In this document: positions 24,456-31,333 of the stretch, in pieces
How positions within the stretch are numbered: the first letter of the stretch is position 1
Layout: every line of letters begins with the position of its first letter
Origin: Nitrosopumilus maritimus SCM1
Lineage (GTDB): Archaea; Thermoproteota; Nitrososphaeria; Nitrososphaerales; Nitrosopumilaceae
Length of the DNA: 32,000 nucleotides
Reading direction: 5' to 3'
NCBI RefSeq assembly: GCF_000018465.1
Contig: NC_010085.1
Span: 810,001-842,000 of the forward strand
Translations under genes and position numbers: made by a program
Notes under the pieces: model-generated
The model's database searches: none
What the model was told of the DNA's origin: nothing
What the model saw: the letters and a program-made list of their open reading frames with translations, nothing else

Positions 24456-24863
24456 CTAAGGTCTTGAATAAATCACAGGAGGAGCAGAATCACCTAATTG
24501 GTATATCTCTGTTTTTAGTTGAACATGCCCTAGTTCCGGATGGTCTATTTCTAAAACAACAGGATGAATTTCCCATCCATATTTTGGTTCACCTGGAAAT
24601 GGAACAATTTCAATGAATGCAGGACTAGAGAATGTTTTTTGGTATGTCTCCTCCATTCCAAGAATTTCCATTACAACAGAATCAGTTTTTTCAGATTTAT
24701 CAGAAAATGCAACTTCAACATGTCCCGTATCATAATACACTGCATTTACTTGAAATGTTTGACGGAGTTCATCCTTGTCATCATCAGCTCCGCCAGTCAA
24801 AAAGAATATTGCAAGAACAGTAAATACTCCAAGAAATATTGGGGAAAGAAGTTTTCTTGCCAT
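24456..24863 (-). CDS. hypothetical exported or membrane-anchored protein (135 aa)
   Basis: The N-terminus MARKLLSPIFLGVFTVLAIFFLTGG looks like a signal peptide or anchor. The ATG is 1 nt after the aminopeptidase stop. Confidence 0.6.
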   Translation of the reverse strand: MARKLLSPIFLGVFTVLAIFFLTGGADDDKDELRQTFQVNAVYYDTGHVEVAFSDKSEKTDSVVMEILGMEETYQKTFSSPAFIEIVPFPGEPKYGWEIHPVVLEIDHPELGHVQLKTEIYQLGDSAPPVIYSRP

Positions 24864-24864
24864 A

Positions 24865-27357
24865 TTACTTGAATTCTTTTCTCATTTGGCGTAAGAATCG
24901 GGAATGGATTCGTATCTTTTCTAATGTTTGAGCTTGAGTTCTTTCTGTTCCAGGAGTTGGATGAGATTTGAAAAATGATTTGATGTCTTTTTCCATAGAG
25001 TCATCTGCAACTAGTGCAATACTTGCAACAATTCTATTAAACAAAGGATTACCATAGCCTACTTTTTTGCTCAATTTGCCCCAATTCTTCTTTAACCAAG
25101 GCCAAAGAATCTTCTTTCCATAGGGATTTGCAGCAATCTTCATGATTGGTAATTGCATGTTTTGAGAACGAACCTCTGCGGTTTGAGAGAATTGTAAAGT
25201 TTTGATCAATAATTTTTCATTCTTGAAACTGCACATTGCACCCAAGAATCTTAATTTTTCCTCAGTTGTTTTTGCTTTTTTGTATAATGTTACAAATTGT
25301 GAATGAGTCTTTGCATTACCAGTACGTGCAATAATTGAGAAAACAGGTTCTCTAATATCAGGATGAAGTGATGATGGGTTTTTCAAAAATTCTTTGAATT
25401 TAATTTGTGCCTGCTCAAGTACATGTTCATCACCAAATTTACCCAATACAGTTATTGCATAACCTCTCATGAATGCATCAGTATGTTTGTCTGTTTTTTG
25501 AGGAACCCAACCAAGATTAGATAAAATCTTTCTAAAGTAATTGATAGCATAACTTCTGATTTGTTCTGTGAAATCCTCAAAGAAAGTTAATGATGCTAAA
25601 AAGTTTAGATTGTTTGCAACATTTGTTTGTGGAAGATAAGAGTCTTCATCAAAATATGCATCAGAGAAATCCAAGTAATTTTCTACATCTTCTTTTCCTG
25701 CAACACATAATGCAAACAAATCATTTTGAATTGCCCATCTATCAATGTGAGGAATTTGTTTTTGATCAACTAACATTTTGAGATCAAGTAAGATTCCATC
25801 ATCATATTTTACACGATAAAATCCAGTACGACCAATGTTTGCTACAAATCCAGGTCCTTTAGGAGCTTTGACAGTCATAGATTTTTTTGTTAATAGTTTT
25901 GTTTTGGTCTCCTTTCCTAAACCATAGGTAATTGGGACATGCCACAATCCTTTTTGGGTTTTCTTTGTAGGTTCCATCAAAAAGCGGTTTTGTTTAATTA
26001 TCAAATCATTGTTATTTTGAGTGATATCAATTTGAGGAAATCCAGGCTGTTTTAGCCACGTATTGACCATAGAGCTTACTGGCATTTTTGAGGCTTTGCC
26101 AATTGCATCCCACAAGTCTTGTCCTTGGGCATTTCCATACTTGAATGCTGAAAGATATTTTTTGAGACCGGCTCGGAAATTTTTCTCACCAACATAGTGT
26201 TCAAGCATTCTCAAAACGCATCCACCTTTATCATAAGATATTGCATCAAAGATTTCTCGAATTTCAGCAGGAGATTTTACTTTGACATCAATTGGATGAG
26301 TGGTTTTAAGAGCATCTAATCCCATGGCAGTATTCATTGCATCTTCAATGAATTGATCCCACAAATTCCATTCAGGATAGAATTTGTCAACAAACTTTGT
26401 TGCCATGAATGTTGCAAAGCTTTCGTTAAGCCACAAATCATTCCACCACTTCATAGTGACGAGATTACCAAACCATTGATGTGCAATCTCATGTGAAATT
26501 ACTTCAGCAATGAATTGTTTTGTTCTAGTAGAAGATGTTTTAGGATCATAAAGTAGAATTGTTTCTCTAAATGTTATTGCACCCCAGTTCTCCATTGCTC
26601 CTGCTGCAAAGTCAGGAATTGCAATCAAATCTAATTTAGGTAGAGGATATTTTATTCCAAAATATTTTTCATAAGAGGTTAATAGTTTCTTGCCTAATTC
26701 TAAAGAGTATTTTCCTTTTGATTTGTTTCCCTTTGTAGTTACAACTCTAATCTGAACTTTGCCCGTTTTGCCAGTTAGATATTCAAACTCACCAACTCCA
26801 AGATAGATGAGATATGTTGAGACAACAGGTGTTTTGCCAAACTTGTATAATGTTTTATTTTTGATTTTTTTCTTTGATTGGACTGGCATGTTTGAAATGG
26901 CAGTGAATTTGTTTTCTGCAATAATTGAAATCTCAAATGTTGCCTTTGCTTCAGGCTCATCCCAACATGGAAATGCACGTCTTGCATCAGCTGCCTCAAA
27001 TTGAGTAGTTGCAAGATACTTTGTTTTTCCACCTTGTTTGTATTGACTTCGATAAAATCCCAGTAATCTGTCATTTAGAATTCCTTGAAATTCTAGATGG
27101 ATTGTTGCTTTGCCTTTGATTTTTTCTCCTAGTTTAATTGACAGTCTCTCTTTTTTTTCATCAGTCTTTGGAGTAGATTTTATTATTTTAGAGCCAGACT
27201 TTACAGTACAAGATTTTATTTTAATTTCTGCACAATCTAGTGTGATAAGATTAATTGCTTTATTGCAAGAAACAGTAATAATTTCTGTTCCCAAGAATGT
27301 GAATTTTTTAAGATCTGGCTCAAATGTTAACTCATAATTTATGGGATTAACGTCCAC
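24865..27357 (-). CDS. M1-family zinc aminopeptidase (aminopeptidase N / tricorn-interacting-factor-like)
   Basis: GAMENWG exopeptidase motif and HEIAHQWFGNLVTMKWWNDLWLNESFA (HEXXH-18-E). GTG start at 27357. No signal peptide. Confidence 0.93.
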   Translation of the reverse strand: MDVNPINYELTFEPDLKKFTFLGTEIITVSCNKAINLITLDCAEIKIKSCTVKSGSKIIKSTPKTDEKKERLSIKLGEKIKGKATIHLEFQGILNDRLLGFYRSQYKQGGKTKYLATTQFEAADARRAFPCWDEPEAKATFEISIIAENKFTAISNMPVQSKKKIKNKTLYKFGKTPVVSTYLIYLGVGEFEYLTGKTGKVQIRVVTTKGNKSKGKYSLELGKKLLTSYEKYFGIKYPLPKLDLIAIPDFAAGAMENWGAITFRETILLYDPKTSSTRTKQFIAEVISHEIAHQWFGNLVTMKWWNDLWLNESFATFMATKFVDKFYPEWNLWDQFIEDAMNTAMGLDALKTTHPIDVKVKSPAEIREIFDAISYDKGGCVLRMLEHYVGEKNFRAGLKKYLSAFKYGNAQGQDLWDAIGKASKMPVSSMVNTWLKQPGFPQIDITQNNNDLIIKQNRFLMEPTKKTQKGLWHVPITYGLGKETKTKLLTKKSMTVKAPKGPGFVANIGRTGFYRVKYDDGILLDLKMLVDQKQIPHIDRWAIQNDLFALCVAGKEDVENYLDFSDAYFDEDSYLPQTNVANNLNFLASLTFFEDFTEQIRSYAINYFRKILSNLGWVPQKTDKHTDAFMRGYAITVLGKFGDEHVLEQAQIKFKEFLKNPSSLHPDIREPVFSIIARTGNAKTHSQFVTLYKKAKTTEEKLRFLGAMCSFKNEKLLIKTLQFSQTAEVRSQNMQLPIMKIAANPYGKKILWPWLKKNWGKLSKKVGYGNPLFNRIVASIALVADDSMEKDIKSFFKSHPTPGTERTQAQTLEKIRIHSRFLRQMRKEFK

Positions 27358-27379
27358 GTTTGAGATGATTTTGATACTC

Positions 27380-27385
27380 TTTAAG
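27380..27385 (-). promoter_or_regulatory. TATA-like element for the M1 aminopeptidase
   Basis: The minus strand reads CTTAAA, centred 25.5 nt upstream of GTG 27357. Confidence 0.35.
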
Positions 27386-27428
27386 TAGATTTTCTATTAA
27401 AACGCAAATCAGAAAATCAAATAAAGCC

Positions 27429-27439
27429 TTTAAAATATA
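27429..27439 (+). promoter_or_regulatory. TATA-like element for the B12-binding mutase subunit
   Basis: TTTAAAATATA centred 25 nt upstream of ATG 27459. Confidence 0.45.
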
Positions 27440-27458
27440 CCAAATAACGAGTAACATT

Positions 27459-27881
27459 ATGAAACAAAAAACACAAACAAGAAACATCAAGATTCTAGTT
27501 GCTAAATTAGGCCTTGATGGACATGATAGAGGAGCACTTGTTTTGTGTAGAGCATTTAGGGATGCAGGAATGGAAGTAATCTATTCAGGACTTTTTGCAA
27601 CACCAGAAAGAGTTGCACAGATTGCAGAAGACGAAGATGTTGATGCAATTGCAATGAGTTTACTTAATGGAGCACATGGAACTTTATTCCCAAGAGTAGT
27701 CAAAGCTCTCAAAAAGAAAAAGATCAATGACGTTCTAGTTGTTGGGGGAGGAGTAATTCCAGAAATTGATCATAAAGATTTGATCAAGGCAGGAGTTGAC
27801 CACGTGTTTGGTCCAGGAACACCATTACCTACAATTATTGATCATATCAATACAGGCGTAGGTAAATTAAGAAAAATATAA
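27459..27881 (+). CDS. methylmalonyl-CoA mutase, small B12-binding subunit
   Basis: 140 aa. ILVAKLGLDGHDRGALVLCRAFRDAGMEVIYSGL carries the DxHxxG cobalamin-binding motif. Confidence 0.92.
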   Translation: MKQKTQTRNIKILVAKLGLDGHDRGALVLCRAFRDAGMEVIYSGLFATPERVAQIAEDEDVDAIAMSLLNGAHGTLFPRVVKALKKKKINDVLVVGGGVIPEIDHKDLIKAGVDHVFGPGTPLPTIIDHINTGVGKLRKI

Positions 27882-27882
27882 G

Positions 27883-27889
27883 AAAAAAA
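27883..27889 (-). terminator. oligo-T tract downstream of ilvC
   Basis: The minus strand reads T7 starting 4 nt after the ilvC TAA stop, with a second T5 a few nt further on. Archaeal termination typically uses oligo-T runs. This is an 11-nt convergent spacer shared with the B12-subunit gene. Confidence 0.4.
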
Positions 27890-27892
27890 GAA

Positions 27893-28891
27893 TTATTCTG
27901 TGGAATCAGGCCACATCATTTTACGCATTTCTTTACCAACTTTTTCAATTTGGTGTTCGTCATATTGTTTCATGTATTTGTCAAATGCATCTTTGCCGTT
28001 TTTCTGGTATTCAGAAATCCACTCGTTGTTGAATGTACCATCTTGAATCATGGTTAGAACTTTTTTCATGTTCTCTTTGTTTGCAGAATCCATCACCATT
28101 GGTCCACGTGTTAAACCACCATATCTTGCAGTCTCACTTACACGTCTCCACATTCCATTAATTCCATATCTTTGAATCATATCTACAATGAGTTTTAGTT
28201 CATGTAAAACTTCAAAGTATGCAATTTCTGGTTGATATCCTGCTTCAACTAGAGTTTCAAATGCATTTGTTACCATAGAAGCTGCACCACCACAAAGGTC
28301 TGCTTGCTCACCAAACCAATCAGTTTCTACTTCTTCTTTGAAAGCAGTTTTGATTAATCCGGCTCTTGCACTTCCGATTGCTTTTGCAATTCCCAATGTT
28401 CTATCCCAAGCTTTTCCTGTAAAGTCTTGTTCAACTGCAACAATTGCTGGAGTTCCAAAATTATCAAGATAGGTTTCTCTTACTTTTGAACCAGGTCCTT
28501 TTGGTGCAATCATGATTAAATCAACATTGTTTGGAGCTTCAATCCATTTCCAATAGATTGCAGCTGCATGAGAAAATGACAATGCTTTTCCTTCAGAAAG
28601 ATTTGGTCCGATTTCATCTTTGTATACTTGACCTTGAATCATATCTGGAATCAATATGTGAATAATGTCTGCTTGTTTTGTGGCATCAGCTACTGACATT
28701 ACTTTGTGACCATCAGCTTCGGCCTTTTTCCAGCTATTACCGCCTTCTTTGAGACCAATTATGACATTAAGACCAGAGTCTTTCATGTTGTTAGCTTGTG
28801 CATCACCTTGGATTCCATAACCAATTACAGCAATGGTTTGATCTTTTATTGGATCAAGACTGATATCGGTATCTTTCCATGTTTGTGCCAT
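27893..28891 (-). CDS. ilvC: ketol-acid reductoisomerase
   Basis: 332 aa. IAVIGYGIQGDAQANNMKDSGLNVIIGL (Rossmann fold) and a conserved C-terminal knotted-domain pattern. Confidence 0.95.
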   Translation of the reverse strand: MAQTWKDTDISLDPIKDQTIAVIGYGIQGDAQANNMKDSGLNVIIGLKEGGNSWKKAEADGHKVMSVADATKQADIIHILIPDMIQGQVYKDEIGPNLSEGKALSFSHAAAIYWKWIEAPNNVDLIMIAPKGPGSKVRETYLDNFGTPAIVAVEQDFTGKAWDRTLGIAKAIGSARAGLIKTAFKEEVETDWFGEQADLCGGAASMVTNAFETLVEAGYQPEIAYFEVLHELKLIVDMIQRYGINGMWRRVSETARYGGLTRGPMVMDSANKENMKKVLTMIQDGTFNNEWISEYQKNGKDAFDKYMKQYDEHQIEKVGKEMRKMMWPDSTE

Positions 28892-28912
28892 GGTTTTGGC
28901 AGATTCTATTGC

Positions 28913-28920
28913 AAATATTA
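28913..28920 (-). promoter_or_regulatory. TATA-like element for ilvC
   Basis: The minus strand reads TAATATTT, centred 25.5 nt upstream of ATG 28891. Confidence 0.4.
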
Positions 28921-28930
28921 ACTATGAAAC

Positions 28931-29050
28931 CTAGATTTCGATGATTTTTTCACATGAACGACACTTTACAGTTACCTTGTCTCCAGGCAATCTGGTAAAT
29001 CTCTTAGAGCCACACTCAGGACAAATTGGACAAGCGCGTACAGGTTCCAT
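28931..29050 (-). CDS. 39-aa zinc-ribbon micro-protein, absent from the ORF track
   Basis: My translation is MEPVRACPICPECGSKRFTRLPGDKVTVKCRSCEKIIEI (CPICPEC ... CRSC). Its ATG shares one nucleotide with the nadM stop (TAATG). Confidence 0.5.
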   Translation of the reverse strand: MEPVRACPICPECGSKRFTRLPGDKVTVKCRSCEKIIEI

Positions 29051-29580
29051 TAGTGTTTTGTAGGATTGGTATCAGATTTAGAAATTACGGATAGTCTATT
29101 TTTTGCATCAATCTTTGTTAGAAATTCATAAACTGCATTTGGAACAGATTCTTTCCAATTTTCATCAGAAATTATCATAGAGCGGATTTTAGTTGCATTG
29201 TATTGTTTTCTATCTAGAAATTCAGGTTTTACAACAGTTATTCCAGAATCAGCTAAAAGCATAGAGACATAATCATTACCACTGTACACTTTATCAAAAT
29301 GAGGTAATGCAGATTGGAGATAGGAACTCCAAGTTGCAATGTTAAACTGATTCTCAATAGATATGACAAAACATTTTTTCAAATCCAAGTTTGCTTCTTT
29401 TAGAGAGTTGTGAATCATCTCAATTCTTTCACCAGCAGTAAAAGGATCTTTTTCCAAATAATTGAATTGAGCACTAGTTATGGCAATAATTACTTCATCG
29501 CATTGATCAAGAATCTGTTTGACTAATTCTAAATGACCCAAATGAAATGGTTGAAACCTTCCCATCATCAATCCGCGCAT
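29050..29580 (-). CDS. nadM: nicotinamide-nucleotide adenylyltransferase (archaeal NadM type)
   Basis: MRGLMMGRFQPFHLGHLELV carries the (T/H)xGH nucleotidyltransferase motif. 176 aa. Confidence 0.9.
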   Translation of the reverse strand: MRGLMMGRFQPFHLGHLELVKQILDQCDEVIIAITSAQFNYLEKDPFTAGERIEMIHNSLKEANLDLKKCFVISIENQFNIATWSSYLQSALPHFDKVYSGNDYVSMLLADSGITVVKPEFLDRKQYNATKIRSMIISDENWKESVPNAVYEFLTKIDAKNRLSVISKSDTNPTKH

Positions 29581-29600
29581 AGTGAATCAACAAATTTGAT

Positions 29601-29609
29601 TTTATTAAA
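29601..29609 (-). promoter_or_regulatory. TATA-like element for nadM
   Basis: The minus strand reads TTTAATAAA, centred 25 nt upstream of ATG 29580. Confidence 0.4.
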
Positions 29610-29614
29610 TTAGA

Positions 29615-30535
29615 CTATTTTATTTGGCCACTACCCAAGATTCTGATTGTAGGGGATTCGGGTTTTAAGATAATTGCAATTTGTCCAGATTTGCATACAA
29701 TTGGTTTTTCAAAAGCAAGTTTGAGTGGAGATATTGAAGTAAACTTTGCAGCTTTGATTTGCAATCCAATGTTGACTAGACATCCTTGATTTTCTGCAAT
29801 TTCACTCTTGTAAAAAGGACTTTTTTGAAAATCAATTTCGATTTCTGTTTTGATGTCCACAACTCCTTCTTCAGAGATAACATCACCACGTCCAACTTCA
29901 TCAGGTTTTGCACCTTTTACAGCCAAACCAACTCGAGCAGGACATATGGATTCTTCAACAGGATCATCATGCATTTGAATTGATTTTATGAGTACATCAA
30001 TTCCAGCTGGATATAGTTTCAGATTATCATATTGTTTTACTTTGCCATTAGTGACTTTGCCCAAAATCACGGTTCCAACTCCCTTCACGTCAAAGCAATG
30101 ATCAATCACCATTTCAGAAGAACCATCAGATGAAATAGGTTCAAGTTTGTCCATTTCTTCTTTGATTTTATCCTGATCAACTTTGGTATATTTTTCAACA
30201 ACAGTACCCTTGATCATTGCATCTAGTTTTGATTCATCTACATCAAAGGTATGAGATAATATTCCGTTTTCTTTTTTGAGAGAATCAAGTGCAATGATTT
30301 GCTCTCCTGTGAATTTATCTAATTTATCGACATAAAGTATCACGTATTCTGCAAGATTGATTGCCTGAAACAAAGGCTGTATTTTATCAGGAAATCCACT
30401 GGGTGCAACCCATGTTTTGATAATGTCAGATTCCTTTCTATCATAAAGAGTCAGATCAGTTTCAGTTCCTTTTTTACCAAATTCAGATGCAATGTCTTGT
30501 TTACCTAAAACAACAAAGTTAACGGATTTTACCAC
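29615..30535 (-). CDS. EF-Tu/EF-1alpha-like protein with degenerate GTPase motifs
   Basis: Domain-II-like VKGVGTVILGKVTNGKVKQYDNLKLYPAG. The N-terminal region keeps translational-GTPase spacing but has GKQDIASEF where GHVDxGKST is expected, VAPSGF where DxPGH is expected, and VDKLD where NKxD is expected. GTG start. Confidence 0.8.
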   Translation of the reverse strand: MVKSVNFVVLGKQDIASEFGKKGTETDLTLYDRKESDIIKTWVAPSGFPDKIQPLFQAINLAEYVILYVDKLDKFTGEQIIALDSLKKENGILSHTFDVDESKLDAMIKGTVVEKYTKVDQDKIKEEMDKLEPISSDGSSEMVIDHCFDVKGVGTVILGKVTNGKVKQYDNLKLYPAGIDVLIKSIQMHDDPVEESICPARVGLAVKGAKPDEVGRGDVISEEGVVDIKTEIEIDFQKSPFYKSEIAENQGCLVNIGLQIKAAKFTSISPLKLAFEKPIVCKSGQIAIILKPESPTIRILGSGQIK

Positions 30536-30579
30536 AAGAAAATTCTAGAATTAGGCACTAAAAACTATACGAAATGGTT

Positions 30580-31332
30580 CTACGGAAATGTGTTTAGTAC
30601 AGCAGCATAACTTGCAAATCTATGGTTTTTTGGTTTGACTAGTTTCTGATGATATTTTTTGATAGGTTTTCCAATTGCACCATTTAGACCTAAGGGTCCC
30701 AAAACATACTTTTTGTCATCAGCCCAACTTAGAACCTCATCAGAAGGAGCATAATGATTTAGGATTTTTTTATTGACAACAGTTTGGAGTAGCTTACCAT
30801 ACTTTTTTGAAGACGGAACATCTTCAGTTATAGAGGCTCCAAAGAAATAGACACTTTCTAGGATTCCAGAATTTTGTTTCTTTTTAGCAAGATATTCAAT
30901 TGTACTGAGAATCACTTGAGAACCTAGAGAGTGTCCCATTAATCGTATCTTTGTTTTTGGACTAGATTCTTTAAAATCCTCAATGAATTTTCCGAGATTC
31001 CGTCCGTTCTTTTTTGCAATACTTTGTCCTACAGCTAAAGCATGTTTTGCATGTTTGATTAAATGAGCACCAGTGGTGTTTGAATCATAACTAAATCCAA
31101 TTACTGGATGAGAATATCCTAATTTTCTCAATCGATTACGTGCCAAAACTGCTTTTGCAATAGCACCAGCATTGTCATTTCTTAGACCATGAATCATAAT
31201 GGTTAACTCTTTAGAATCAATTAATTTTTGAAAATCTTTTTTTGGATAAAGGTAATAGTTGTTCCGCTTTAGGGTTTTACCAGTTTTTAGATCATAGTAC
31301 CCTCGAGTGGAAATTCTTGGGACAGGTTTCAT
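30580..31332 (-). CDS. alpha/beta hydrolase of unknown specificity
   Basis: Nucleophile elbow LMGHSLGSQV, preceded by IMIHGL (oxyanion region). 250 aa. The ATG is 1 nt after the metG stop. Confidence 0.8.
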   Translation of the reverse strand: MKPVPRISTRGYYDLKTGKTLKRNNYYLYPKKDFQKLIDSKELTIMIHGLRNDNAGAIAKAVLARNRLRKLGYSHPVIGFSYDSNTTGAHLIKHAKHALAVGQSIAKKNGRNLGKFIEDFKESSPKTKIRLMGHSLGSQVILSTIEYLAKKKQNSGILESVYFFGASITEDVPSSKKYGKLLQTVVNKKILNHYAPSDEVLSWADDKKYVLGPLGLNGAIGKPIKKYHQKLVKPKNHRFASYAAVLNTFP

Positions 31333-31333
31333 T

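Noticed and set aside
24564-24872. 102-aa plus-strand ORF opposite the 135-aa exported-protein gene
   Set aside because: The minus-strand ORF has a signal-peptide-like N-terminus and a coupled start 1 nt after the aminopeptidase stop. The plus-strand translation is Cys/Phe/Asn-rich and implausible.
26775-27337. ORFs 26775-27074 (-), 26807-27004 (+) and 27110-27337 (+) inside the M1 aminopeptidase
   Set aside because: They are alternative-frame or antisense ORFs within a gene carrying GAMEN and HEXXH-18-E.
28931-29050. Calling the 39-aa zinc ribbon RNA polymerase subunit P (RpoP) or LysW
   Set aside because: Only the generic two-knuckle zinc-ribbon spacing and an LPG-like stretch match. The basic RpoP C-terminal tail and the acidic LysW tail are both missing, so the evidence is insufficient without an HMM search.
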